A stretch of DNA of 64,000 nt from an uncultured Thermoleophilia bacterium (GTDB taxonomy: Bacteria > Actinomycetota > Thermoleophilia > Gaiellales > Gaiellaceae). Shown in pieces: positions 17,502 to 28,049 of this stretch (positions are counted from its first letter, which is position 1; each line of letters starts with the position of its first letter). The position numbers and the translations under genes are program-made. The stretch is taken from the NCBI GenBank assembly GCA_963758345.1, contig CAVWVD010000009.1:3077-67076 (forward strand), given 5' to 3'. The notes under the pieces were generated by a model that saw only the letters and a list, made by a program, of their open reading frames with translations, was not told the DNA's origin and did no database searches.

Positions 17502-19271
17502 TCAGTCGAGCAACTCCCCGGGGGCGTCGAAGTACCTGTCCCTGATCGCGTCGGCCGTTCGGTACGTGAGCGCGCCGATGGTCCCGGTCGGGTTCGCACC
17601 GGGGTTCTGCGGGAAGAGCGCTGCGCCCGTGACGAGCACGTTCGGCGTGTCCCACACCTGGCCGTACGAGTTCGTGACGGAGCTGCCGGGATCAGATCCC
17701 ATGACGCAGCCGCCCGTGGGATGCGTGCTCTGGTAGTCGTGGATGTTGTATGGCCCGAGCTCAGGCTTCTGCGCGACGATGCGCGTCGGCCTCATCGCGC
17801 GCATGATCTCCTGCGACCGGGCGTACATGAACCGCCACATCCGCTGCTCGTTGTCGTGCCAGTCGAACGTGAGCCGGAGGAGCGGGTTTCCGTAGCGGTC
17901 GCGGTAGTGGGGGTCGAGATCGAGGAAGTTGTCCTCGTACGCGATGCTCTCGCCTTCGGTGTTGATCCCCGCGTACGAGTCCCAGTTGCGGCTGATCTCG
18001 CGCTTCCAGTCGGCGCCGTACGTCGCTCCGGTCTTCGTCATCAGCCCTGTCACCGAGTTGACGGGCTCCCGCTCGCACGGCTCGGAGAAGAGCTGCATCC
18101 CGCCGATGAAGTCGAGGTTCCGGTGATCGAAGACGTCGCCGTTGTAGTCGTAGAGGATCTTGATCGTGCAGGTGTTGCCCATGTACATGTTCAGCCGCCT
18201 GCCCTCCCAGAGGCCGACCACCGTCTGCGGGTAGATCTGGTACGTGTAGTTCCGCCCGACTCGACTGCGGTCGTTGCCGACGCCGCGAGGGTGCGCACGG
18301 CTCCGTGAGAGCATGAGCAGCCGGTTGTTCTCGAGCGTGAACGCCGACACGACGACGAGCTCGGCGGGCTGGAAGTGCTCTTCGCCGTGGGCGTCGACGT
18401 AGGTCACGCCGGTCGCTCGCCCGCGGTCGTCGGTCTCGATCCGGGTCACCTTGGAGTCGGTGCGAACCTCGTACCGGCCCGTGTCGAGCGCGATCGGCAG
18501 GTGCGTGTTGACCGGGCTCGCCTTGGCGTCGACCTCGCAGCCGAAGCGCGTGCAGAACCCGCAGTACATGCAGGCGGCGTGATGGTTGCCATGGCCGTCG
18601 ACCCATGCCCGCGATGCGATGCCCGCCGGCTGCGTGAACGGGTGCAGCCCGAGCTGCCCGGACGCGTCGGCGAACATCTGCGCGAACGTGTTCACCTCGA
18701 GCGGCGGATGCCGGAAGCCGCGGCTGCGCGGCGCCTCGAACGGATTGCCGCCGGGGATCTTCCGGCCGCGGACGTTGCCGGCCTGGCCGGAGGCGCCGAT
18801 GTCCCACTCGAACGCGTCGTAGTAGGGCTCGAGCTCGTCGTAGGTCACCGGCCAGTCCTGAACCGTCGAGCCGGCGGGGAGCTTGCCCTCGCCGTAGCGC
18901 TCGATGACGTGCGAGCGGTAGCGGAAGTCGGTCTCGAGGTAGCGCCAGAGCTGCGCCGACCAGTGGATCGCCGAGCCGCCGAGGCCCTCTCCCGGGTTGA
19001 ACGACCCGTACTGGCGCATTGGCAGGGCCGGCGCGCGCACGTTCGGCCGCCACGTCCACGTCTCGCGCGCGAGGTCGACCATCATCGCGTAGCGCACGGA
19101 GTAGCGAAGGCTGTCGTGGTTGTGGGCAAACTCCGGGTACGTCCAGCGCGACGAGCCCTGCTCGATCGACACGACGCTGTGGCCGGCGGGGCAGAGCTTC
19201 GCCGCGAGGATCGCGGCTGTCCAGCCCCCGCCGACCGTGACCACGTCGACGCTCGGATGCTTTCTCGCCAT
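17502..19271 (-). CDS. GMC family FAD-dependent dehydrogenase (gluconate 2-dehydrogenase flavoprotein-subunit-like)
   Basis: Intact 589-aa ORF. The N-terminus is VDVVTVGGGWTAAILAAKL and the length and C-terminal region are GMC-type. Confidence 0.85.
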   Translation of the reverse strand: MARKHPSVDVVTVGGGWTAAILAAKLCPAGHSVVSIEQGSSRWTYPEFAHNHDSLRYSVRYAMMVDLARETWTWRPNVRAPALPMRQYGSFNPGEGLGGSAIHWSAQLWRYLETDFRYRSHVIERYGEGKLPAGSTVQDWPVTYDELEPYYDAFEWDIGASGQAGNVRGRKIPGGNPFEAPRSRGFRHPPLEVNTFAQMFADASGQLGLHPFTQPAGIASRAWVDGHGNHHAACMYCGFCTRFGCEVDAKASPVNTHLPIALDTGRYEVRTDSKVTRIETDDRGRATGVTYVDAHGEEHFQPAELVVVSAFTLENNRLLMLSRSRAHPRGVGNDRSRVGRNYTYQIYPQTVVGLWEGRRLNMYMGNTCTIKILYDYNGDVFDHRNLDFIGGMQLFSEPCEREPVNSVTGLMTKTGATYGADWKREISRNWDSYAGINTEGESIAYEDNFLDLDPHYRDRYGNPLLRLTFDWHDNEQRMWRFMYARSQEIMRAMRPTRIVAQKPELGPYNIHDYQSTHPTGGCVMGSDPGSSVTNSYGQVWDTPNVLVTGAALFPQNPGANPTGTIGALTYRTADAIRDRYFDAPGELLD

Positions 19272-19272
19272 G

Positions 19273-20268
19273 TCAGCCGCTCGCCGTCTGGCGCGTGCCG
19301 GCGAGCGGCAGCACTGCGCCGTCCTGGGGATGGCCCGGGTGCATCGACGGCATGTCGCGCAGGCTCTGCACTACGACGGCGCGCCCCGTGTTGCAGCTCG
19401 TATGCCGTGTACGCGCGCTGGGCGCCCGGGTAGCCGATCAGCCGCCATCCGGCGAGATCGCGGTTCCCGCCGTAGATCGGGTCGGAGAACATGCCCTCGT
19501 TGACGTCCGCCTGCAGCATCGACAGGAACGCCGACGGCGATGGATCCTTGAAGAAGCGCTTGAGCCGCTTGCCCATGTTCTTCGCGGCGGCCGAGGGCGG
19601 CTTCGCGCCAGGCGCCTTCGAGGCTGTCGGCGACGGCGTCTTCGTCGCTGCCATCCCCTCCAGGATCGCGTCCTGCACCGTGTCGCCGAGTGCGGCGAAC
19701 GGCTTCCCGTAGAGTCGCCCGCGAGAACTTCTCGAGCGCGCGCAGCCCCTCGCGGTACGACTTCTGCGGCGTCGCTCGGACTGGAACCCGTAGCGGGGCA
19801 GCTCCTTCATCGCGACGTAGGGCGTGCCGCCGTGGAAGCCCGGCGCCCGCCGCGCCCTTCGCCGGCTTGGCGAACGGCTCGCGGAAGTAGGTCTTCGTCG
19901 CGAACGACGAGAAGCGCGCGAGCTTCGCGTCGATGTAGGTCGTGACGCAGGCCTCGCGCGCGCCGGGTCGGCAGCAGTCCCCGGGATGAGCCGCGCGGCG
20001 AAGGCGTCCACGTCCTGCGCTTCGGGCGCGGTGAAGAAGCTAAGTAGATGTGGCATAAGAGCGGCCGCTGCGACGGGCGGCAGCGGATGGGAAGCCCTCA
20101 CGCCGACAGTGTCGACCCGATAGAGCGCGACCGCCTGCTCATCCTCGCCGCACGACGGCGAGCGGCCCCGCGACGCGCGACGGTGGCGGCGAGCGTGCCG
20201 GCGCGGCCGAAGGAACCGCTTCCTGGGCAACATCGCGTTCGATTAATGCGGGGCTCGGTGTCGTCCAT
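19273..20268 (-). pseudogene. Gluconate 2-dehydrogenase subunit 3 (gamma, Tat-signal) family gene, readable only across at least 7 frame switches
   Basis: Hand translation in alternating frames gives MDDTEPRINRT / LPRKRFL / GRAGTLAATVA ... MPHLLSFFTAPEAQDVDAFAARLIPGTAAD / PGAREACVTTYIDAKLARFSSFATKTYFREPFAKPAKGAAGAG / FHGGTPYVAMKELPRYGFQSE / TPQKSYREGLRALEKFSRA / LYGKPFAALGDTVQDAILEGM...GYPGAQRAYTAYELQH / RAVVVQSLRDMPSMHPGHPQDGAVLPLAGTRQTASG-stop. Confidence 0.7.
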
Positions 20269-20290
20269 GGCGCTCCTGTTCGATCAGTGG

Positions 20291-20649
20291 CTACAGCAGG
20301 TAGGCGGCGATGTCGCGAGCCTGCGTCTCGCACGAGGCCGAGATTCGGCATCAGCGTGTTCGGGGACGATCGCCTGGGGGTCCCGGATCCAGGCGACGAG
20401 GTTCGCGGGCGTGTTGGGGAGGCTCCGGCGATCGTTCGCGCGTCGGCGAGGTGCGACGAGGGACGGGCCGACGTGCGCGTCGGCGCCGTCGATCCCCGCG
20501 ATCGTGTGGCACGCACCGCACCCGTAGGCCTCGATCAGCGGCCGGCGCGCGCGAGGCGTCTCCGCCGGGAACGTCGACCGTCGTGCTCGCTCCCGCCGCA
20601 GCCGGCGGCGAGCGAGGAGAGCGGCGAGCAGGATCAGCGTCGCCCTCAT
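20291..20649 (-). pseudogene. Class I c-type cytochrome (lipoprotein), readable only across about 7 frame switches
   Basis: MRATLILLAALL / SLAAGCGGSEHD / VDVPGGDASR / PLIEAYGCGACHTIAGIDGADAHVGPSL / SHLADARTIAG / SLPNTPANLVAWIRDPQAI / PNTLMPNLGL / SCETQARDIAAYLL-stop. CxxCH heme motif is present. Confidence 0.7.
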
Positions 20650-21013
20650 CCGCTTCGGCAGGTGTCGACCGACGAAGGACGCCCGCTCCGCCCATGAGGA
20701 TGAGCGAGCAGGAAGAGCAGGCTCGCGAGCGAGCCGAGGCGACGCCTGCGAACTGGATGGAGCGCGTCGCTCCGCGCCGACCGACGCGGAGGACCCCGAA
20801 CGACGCGCGAGCGCGCCGAGCGCCGCCGAGAGGCGGCGACGACGGTGATCGCGAGCGCATACGTGCGCGAGCCCGGAGTCCCAGAGCGACGCTGTCGCGC
20901 GGCCGTCTGAGCAGCGCCGCTTCCGCGACCCCGTAGCCGGCGAGCAGCTGGAACGATCCACGCGAGCGCCCCGCCGAAGACGGCGTAGAGCGACGACCGC
21001 GCTGCGTGTCCAT
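20646..21013 (-). pseudogene. Small membrane protein (possible oxidase subunit IV-like), frame-shifted
   Basis: ATG 21013 lies just after the oxidase stop. Hydrophobic pieces occur in alternating frames (LYAVFGGALAWIVQLLAGYGVAEAA, ALAITVVAAS, LLFLLAHPHG). The TGA overlaps the cytochrome c ATG (ATGA). The function call is weak. Confidence 0.35.
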
Positions 21014-21020
21014 GCGGTCG

Positions 21021-23555
21021 TCACAGGTGCGGCGAGAGGTAGACGAACAGGTAGACGAAGAGCCATAGCGACGGTGACGAAATGCCAGTAGAGCGCCGTC
21101 GCTCTCGACGGCCTCGTGGCGCTCGCGGCGATAGAGCACCGCGCCAGAGCGAAGAACTGCGTCCACGCGAGCAGCAGCAGGCCGGCCGACCACGTGCAGG
21201 AAACGTGGATGGTGACGATCGTGTAGAAGAGCGATCCGTACGCGTCGGTCTGCGGACGGAACGAACGTCGAGGTATCTCGCGGTACTCGAAGCGCCTGCG
21301 TTCCGGGAAGCCGAGCGACGAGCACGAACGTGCAGGCGAGCATGATCCGCAGGCGCCGTCGACTTGTCGCTGCGGATCCCGCGCTCGGCGGCGTGTACAC
21401 CGTGCACGCTACGCAGCGAGGAGGAGCAGCGTCATAGACGTGTCGCCTTCAGCGAGCTTCGGGTCGGCGATGCCGTCGGGCGGCCAGGCACCGCGCGGTC
21501 TGAAGCGAGAGGTAGAAGTACGAGCACGATAAGAACGCGCGAAGAGCGTCGCCTCGGTAGCGATCGCGAGCAGCCATGCCCCAGAAGGCGGTCGAGCAGC
21601 GTGATCGGCGATAAGCCGGGCGCGCGACGGCTACGTCATGCAGCTCACGGCTGACTCCTCGCGCGGGCGGTGCCACGAGATGCGCCGGCCGCGAACGACA
21701 CCGGCCACCGCCGCCAGCGCCGAGCGCCCGTCGAACTCGACCATCAGCGCCGACGGCAGACGAGCGACAGCGCGAGCGCGACGAGCAGCGGCGACCAGGA
21801 GCTCTCCGGGCATCGCGCAGCGACCCGCGACGTCGGCCGGCGAGCACGGCGTGGTCGCCATCGTCCGTGCTGTGTCCCTCCGGGCAGCACCGCGCCACGC
21901 TCGCGGTCGAAGCGCGTCCCAGACCGGCGTCGGCGCTGTGCACGATCGGGATGCGCGCGAAGTTGTAGGCGGGCGGCGGCGAGCGACGTCGCCCACTCGA
22001 GCGTGTCGCCGCCCCAGGGGTCGTCGCCGGCGGGCGCGCCCGCGACGCAGGCTCCACGACGACGTTCGCGACGATCGACGAACGAGCCCGACGCGCGAGC
22101 ACGAACGCGCCGATCGTCGAGAGCAGGTTGCAGCATGTCCCAGCCCATCGCCGGTCGGATACGTGTAGACGCGCCGCGGCATCCCGAGCAGGCCCGACGA
22201 TGTGCATCGGGAAGAAGGTGAGGTTGAAGCCGACGAAGACGAGCCAGAAGCTCGACGACGCCGAGCGCGCTCGTCGAGCATGCCGGCCGGTGATCTTCGG
22301 CAACCAGTAGTGGATCGCCGCGAAGATCGGGAACACGGCGCCGCCGAAGAGCACGTAGTGGAAGTGCGCGACGACGAAGTACGAGTCGGTCACCTGCTGG
22401 TCGAACGGGACCGCGGCGAACATCACGCCGGTCAACCCGCCGATCACGAACGACGACGATGAAGCCGAGCACGAACAGGAACGGCGTCCGCAGCACGGGG
22501 CGCCCGCCGAGCATCGTCGCGAGCCAGGCGAAGACCTGGATCCCGCTCGGGATGGCGATCACCAGTGCTCGCCGCCGCGAAGAACGCTCAGCGAGACCTG
22601 CGGCAGCCCGACGGCGAACATGTGGTGCACCCAGACGCCGAAGCTGATGAACGCCGGTCGCCATCGTCGCGAGCGCGACCCACGTGCTGCGCGACGATCG
22701 GCCGCCGGGAGAAGACCGGGATGATCGTGCGAGACGATCCCGACCGCCGGCAGGAAGATGATGTAGACGTCGGGGTGCCCGAAGATCCAGAAGAGGTGCT
22801 GCCAGAGGAGCGGGTCGCCGCCGCGCGGCGACGTCGAAGAAGTGGAAGCCGAAGTGGCGCTCCAGCTCGAGCAGGAGGCAGGCGGCAGTGAGCGCCGGCA
22901 TCGCGAAGACGATCGCGAACGACGTGGCGAGCATCGCCCAGCAGAAGAGCGGCATGCGGTTGAGCGACATCCCCGGCGCGCGCAGCTTGAGGATCGTGAC
23001 GATGAAGTTGATCGCGCCCGCCGTCGTCGAGATCCCGAGGAAGATCAGCCCGAGCGCCGTAGAAGTCGATGTTCGGCCCGCGCGGAACGCCTGCGCTCGA
23101 CAGCGGCGCGTAGGTGAACCAGCCGGCGTCGGGCGCCGTGCCGATCGAGCAAGCTCGAGTACATGAACAGGCCCGCGGCGAGGAAGACCCAGTAGCCGAA
23201 GGCGTTCAGCCGCGGGAAGGCCATGTCGCGCGCGCCGATCATGCAGCGGCACGAAGTAGTTGCCGAAGCCGGACAGCATCGGCGTGACGAAGAGGAAGAT
23301 CATCGTGATGCCGTGCATCGAGAAGAGCTGGTTGTAGGCCTCGGGCGACGAGCACGTCGCTCGTTCGGGCGCGGCGAGCTGGACGCGCATGACGCAGCGC
23401 CTCGATGCCCGCCGGCGAGGAAGAAGAGCGAACGCGGTCACGCAGGTAGCGCACGCCGATGCGCTTGTGGTCGACGGTGGCGAGCGCCGTCGACGAGCGT
23501 CTCCCGGCTCTGCCCACGATGCGCGCAGCCGCTCGACGCTCGCACCGACGGTCAT
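21021..23555 (-). pseudogene. Cytochrome c oxidase subunit I followed by, or fused to, subunit III (caa3-type), heavily frame-shifted
   Basis: COX1 signatures are scattered over all three minus frames: ATVDHKRIGVRYL, YNQLFSMHGITMIFLFVTPMLSGFGNYFVPL, MIGARDMAFPRLNAFGYWVF, AINFIVTILKLRAPGMSLNRMPLFCWAML, LFWIFGHPDVYIIFLP, GVWVHHMF, VAHFHYVLFGG, LLGMPRRVYTYP. The COX3-like tail is LYWHF...WLFVYLFVYLSPHL. Confidence 0.8.
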
Positions 23556-24585
23556 CAGCGCAGGCTCTCGAGGTAGTCGAGGAGCGCCTGCAACTGCGGC
23601 GCCGCGGCAGGTCGGTGCCGGGCATCTTGTTGCCGGGCTTCAGATGCTGCGGGTCGAGGATCCAGCCGGCGAGATAGCCGCGCGAGTTCGGGATCGTTCC
23701 GGCCGCGAGCGTCAGGCGGCTCGCGATGTGCGTCAGGTCGGGCCCGACCTTGCCCGTCGCGTTCGTGCCGGCGATCGTGTGGCAGTAGACGCAGGCCGAG
23801 CTCGATGAAGCACTTGCTCGCCGCTGCTCCAACCGCGCGGGGGAGGACCTGCAGCGCCGGCTCGCCGTGCGCCGGTGGCCCACCGCGTCGTAGTCGGCGG
23901 GCCGCTGCGCGACGACCCAGAGCGCCATCTTCGCGTGCTGGATGCCACAGAACTCGGCGCACTGCCCGCGGTAGCGGCCGGGATGCTCGGCCCGGAACGT
24001 CACGACGTTCGTACGACCCGGGATGACGTCCATCTTGCGGTTGAGCTCCGGCACCCAGAGCGAGTGGACGACGTCGCCGCTCTGCAGGCGGACGTTCACG
24101 GTCTGGCCGACCGGGAGGTGGATCTCGTTTGCGTCCCGGATGCCCTCGTTCGGGTAGACGACGTCCCAGAACCACTGGCGCGCCGTCACGTCGATCGTCA
24201 TGTCGGCCGCCCGGGCGCCTGCCGGCGCAGTCTCGGGGATGGTGGCGAGCGTGAGGGCGAAGAGAACGATCAGCGCGAGGGCGGGAACGCCCGCGCCGCC
24301 GATGGCGACGAGCGCCCTACCCGATCCGAGCCGGGACGGCGCAGCACCGCGCCGAACCACGAGTGCGGCGAGCAGCAGCAAGAGGACGACGGCGACGACG
24401 ACCACCGACCCGGCGAACATGACCCACCAGAGCGTTGCGATCGAGCGTGCCGCGTGACTCTCCGGATGCGTCGCCGCCTGCTCGTTCCCGCCGCAGCCGG
24501 CGGCCGCGAGCAGAGCGGGCGCCGCCGCGGGTGCGAGCCACCGGATGTTCGCTCTCGCCGCCGTAACGGTCGGCCATCTCACCAC
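23555..24585 (-). pseudogene. Cytochrome c oxidase subunit II with a C-terminal cytochrome c domain; N-terminal 234 codons intact, at least 4 frame switches in the last 330 bp
   Basis: ORF 23239..24585 has lipobox LAAAGC and the CuA site HSLWVPELNRKMD...CAEFCGIQHAKM. The cytochrome c domain is split between frames: PPRGWSSGEQVL / FIELG / CVYCHTIAGTNATGKVGPDL...KPGNKMPGTDLP / AAAPQLQALLDYLESLR-stop. Confidence 0.8.
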
Positions 24586-24889
24586 ATCGGGTTGCGATGC
24601 GATCGCTTTGTGAACGAATCCTCACCGACGTTTACGCGTTGTCGAACAGAGCGAGCAACGCCCCGCGTTCCGGCCCCAGCTCCACACGTGCGCCGGCGAG
24701 TCGTTGCTCGCCCAGCGTCGTGAGGCGAAGGTGAGCCACCCGGGCGTCGTCGGCCGAGATCTCCCGTTCGAGCAGGCTCGCGCGCTCCGCAGTAGTCGTC
24801 CGGCGCAGGCGTGGGCAGCACGACCTGGATCACGAAAGGTCGGCGCCCGTCTCGACTGCGCTCTAGCGGCGCACTGGCATCCTGCGGCG

Positions 24890-25781
24890 GTGGAGCGTTC
24901 GCTCGCCATTTGCCTGCGCGGTGTCGTCAAGCGCTACGGGCCGATCACCGCCGTGGGCGGGCTCGACCTCGACGTGCCGACCGGGACCTGCGTGGGCCTG
25001 CTCGGCCCGAACGGCGCGGGCAAGTCGACGACGATGCGGCTGCTCACGGCGCAGTCGATCGCGGACGAGGGCGAGCTGGAGGTGCTCGGCTTCACCCTCC
25101 CCGGCGAGTCGAAGCAGGCCCGCGCCCGCTGCGGCGTCTCGCCGCAGCTCGACAACCTCGACGTCACGCTGACCGTCGAGCAGAACCTGCTCGTCTTCGC
25201 GCACCTCTACCGGATCCCCCGCAACGAGCGGCACGCGGCGATCGAGCGCGCGCTCGAGATCGCGAACCTGGGTGACCGGCGCGACACGCGGGTCGACAAG
25301 CTCTCGGGCGGGATGCGGCGGCGCCTGCTGATCGCCCGGTCGCTCGTGCACCGGCCCGCAGCTCCTACTACTCGACGAGCCGACCGTCGGGCTCGACCCA
25401 CAGGTGCGGCAGGAGCTCTGGGCGCTCATCGATCTCCTCCGCGCCGAGGGCACGACCATCCTGATGTCGACGCACTACATCGAGGAGGCGCAGCGCCTCG
25501 CCGACACGGTGCTGATCATGTCGCACGGCAAGTCCGTCGCAGCGGGCGCCCCGGCCGACCTGGTCGCCGAGCATGCGGGCCGCGACGCGGTCGAGGTGTA
25601 CGGGACGCCGGCGCGCCTGGCCGAGGTCGAGGCCGAAGCGGCCGCGGCCGGCTGGCGCACGCGGCGCACCGGCACGAGCGTCGCGGTTCTCGGCGCGGAC
25701 GGCAACGCCCCGCCCGGCGAGCGGCGGCCCGCAAATCTCGAGGACGTGTTCGTGCTCCTCACCGGGGAGCAGATCGACTGA
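24890..25781 (+). CDS. ABC transporter ATP-binding protein (NodI/DrrA-like), one frameshift near 25358
   Basis: The frame of ORF 24704.. from GTG 24890 has Walker A GLLGPNGAGKST and signature LSGGMRRR, ending ...SLVHRP. ORF 25404..25781 continues with (LLLLDEPTVGLDPQV)RQELWALIDLLRAEGTTILMSTHYIEEA. Confidence 0.8.
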
Positions 25782-26575
25782 TGGCCGTCGCCACGCAGGA
25801 GCGCCGACTTCGCCGCCTCGAGCGGCCCGCCATCGCCGGCGTGCTCGTCCGCGAGGTCATCAACTTCTCGTCCTACTGGCGCTCGGCGACCTTCTCGTCG
25901 ACCGTCGAGCCGACCATCTACCTGCTCGCGTTCGGCTTCGGGTTTGGCTCACTCGTCTCCACGGTCGGCGGGTACGACTACGTGCAGTTCATCGGGACGG
26001 GCACGGTCGCGACCGCCGTGCTCTTCTCGAGCGCCTTCCCGGCCATGTTCGGGACGTTCGTGAAGTACCAGTTCCAGCACACCTACGACGCGATCCTGGC
26101 CGCGCCGGTCGACACCGAGGAGCTCGTCACGGCGGAGGCGCTCTGGATCGCAGCGCGCGCGGGCGTGTACGGCTGCGTCCCGATGATCGTGTCGATGTTC
26201 TTCGGCCTCGACCCCCGCTGGACGATGATCTTCGTCCCGTTCATCGGCTTCCTCTGCGGCTACGGCTGGGCGTGCTTCGGGATCGCGATCGCGGGCCACG
26301 CCAAGTCGATCGAGAACTTCAGCTACATCATCAGTGCTGTTCTCACGCCGCTGTTCCTCGTGGCGGGCACGTTCTTCCCGATCTCGGCGCTGCCGCACTG
26401 GGCGGAGGTCATCGCCGCCTTCAACCCGCTGCACCAGTGCGTCGTGCTGGTGCGCGGCGCGGCGTTCGGGTTCAACGGCTGGAGCGACCTGCTGCGCGTG
26501 CTCTACCTGATCGGCTTCGGCGTCCTGATGTGGCGCGTCGCGATCCGCGCGATGCAGCGCAAGCTCGTCAACTAG
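25781..26575 (+). CDS. ABC-2 type transporter permease (NodJ-like)
   Basis: The ATG overlaps the upstream TGA. The sequence MAVATQERRLRRLERPAIAGVLVREVINFSSYWRS... has 6 hydrophobic segments typical of ABC-2 permeases. Confidence 0.8.
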   Translation: MAVATQERRLRRLERPAIAGVLVREVINFSSYWRSATFSSTVEPTIYLLAFGFGFGSLVSTVGGYDYVQFIGTGTVATAVLFSSAFPAMFGTFVKYQFQHTYDAILAAPVDTEELVTAEALWIAARAGVYGCVPMIVSMFFGLDPRWTMIFVPFIGFLCGYGWACFGIAIAGHAKSIENFSYIISAVLTPLFLVAGTFFPISALPHWAEVIAAFNPLHQCVVLVRGAAFGFNGWSDLLRVLYLIGFGVLMWRVAIRAMQRKLVN

Positions 26576-26627
26576 CCGCGGCCCCGCCCGACGCCTTGTA
26601 ACAGTCTGTTACTTGGGTTGGAAGGCG

Positions 26628-27326
26628 CTACGAGCCGAGGATGTTCACGGCTCGCGCGGCGACGAGCAGCACGGCCACCACGGAGATCGCCGACTCGGCA
26701 GCCATGAGCGCCTTCGACCAGCGGGTCAGCGGCATCGTGTCGGTCGGGCTGAACGCGATCGCGTTCGTCAACGCGACGTACTCGTAGTCCTCGAGCCGCG
26801 GGTACCAGTCCGCGCCGTCGCGTGCCAGCTCGCGGTTCTCGTCCTGCGGGAACTGGAAGTCGGGCTTGCGTTCCCAGCGGTTGGTAATGGCGCGCTCAAC
26901 CGGGCCGCCGTCGTCGAGCGTCCAGAACCAGAGGCCGAAGACGATGACGTCGGTGAGCCAGAGCACGGCTCCGCTCATGAGCAGCTGCGCGCCGGTCAGG
27001 TCGGACTTGCTCTCGGTGATGAGCCCCGCGACGAGGATCAGCAGGCCGAGGGCGTTCCCGAGGACCACGATGCCGATGAAGACCTGGAGCACCCGGTGGC
27101 TGGCGCGGCGGTCGGGCATCCGCGAGCTGAGCAGCATCGCGACCGCGAGGCTCAACTCGGGGAGGCAGAGCACCAGCCATACCCAGCCGTGGAGTCCGAG
27201 TAGCTCCCAGTCGGCTGCGAGGCTGACGACGGCGAGGGCGACGAGCAGCACGACGGCGACCGCGAGGAAGATCAGCGCGTCGACGCGGGCCTCGTGTCGC
27301 GCCTCCCGGATGCGCGCGTCGCTCAT
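26628..27326 (-). CDS. DUF1345-like integral membrane protein
   Basis: This is the C-terminal 232 codons of ORF 26628..28250, starting at ATG 27326 (MSDARIREARHEARVDALIF...). It has multiple TM segments and AFSPTDTMPL. The family name is from memory. Confidence 0.6.
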   Translation of the reverse strand: MSDARIREARHEARVDALIFLAVAVVLLVALAVVSLAADWELLGLHGWVWLVLCLPELSLAVAMLLSSRMPDRRASHRVLQVFIGIVVLGNALGLLILVAGLITESKSDLTGAQLLMSGAVLWLTDVIVFGLWFWTLDDGGPVERAITNRWERKPDFQFPQDENRELARDGADWYPRLEDYEYVALTNAIAFSPTDTMPLTRWSKALMAAESAISVVAVLLVAARAVNILGS

Positions 27327-27365
27327 GAGCGAGCATTCGGCGGGCCGGGACGGCACCCTGCCGGG

Positions 27366-28049
27366 ATGAAGGCGGTCGTCGTGCTCGTCGCGCTCGCGTT
27401 GGCGCTGCCGGCGCAGGCGGGGACGCGCATGCTCGGCCGCTCGTGGCAGGGGCGGCCGATCACCGTCACGCGCGTTGGCGACCCGCGCGGGACGCCGGTG
27501 CTCGTGGTCGGCTCGATCCACGGGAACGAGACGGGCGGGATGGCGGTCGCGCGTTCGCTCGCGCGGCTGTCGCCACACGGGATCGACCTCTGGGTGGTGC
27601 CGACGCTGAACCCGGACGGCGTCGCGGCCGGGACGCGCGGCAACGCGCGCGGGGTCGACCTGAACCGCAACTACCCGTGGCGGTGGCGGCCGCTCGGCGG
27701 GCCGTTCGAGTCGGGCACGGGACCCCTCTCCGAGCGCGAGGCGCGGATCGGCCGGACGCTCGTCCTGCGCGTGCGGCCGCGGCTGACGGTCTGGTTCCAC
27801 CAGCACCTGAACCTCGTGTGGGCGTCCGGCGGCGACCCGCGGGTCGAGCGCGTCTTTGCCCGCGTCTCCGGCCTGCCGTTCCGCCCGCGGCCGAAGCTGC
27901 CCGGGAGCGCGATCGAGTGGGAGAACGCGACCTTCCCCGGCACGACCGCGTTCGCCGCGGAGCTGCCGGTGGGCCGGCCCGGCTCCGCTGCGGTTGCCTG
28001 CTACGTGCGCGCCGTGCTCGCCGCCGCCCGCGCATCTGCGCCGAGATAG
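27366..28049 (+). CDS. M14-family zinc carboxypeptidase/amidase (MpaA-like), secreted
   Basis: From ATG 27366 it reads MKAVVVLVALALALPAQAG (signal). Motifs SIHGNETGG, LNPDG and ARGVDLNRNY follow. Confidence 0.8.
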   Translation: MKAVVVLVALALALPAQAGTRMLGRSWQGRPITVTRVGDPRGTPVLVVGSIHGNETGGMAVARSLARLSPHGIDLWVVPTLNPDGVAAGTRGNARGVDLNRNYPWRWRPLGGPFESGTGPLSEREARIGRTLVLRVRPRLTVWFHQHLNLVWASGGDPRVERVFARVSGLPFRPRPKLPGSAIEWENATFPGTTAFAAELPVGRPGSAAVACYVRAVLAAARASAPR

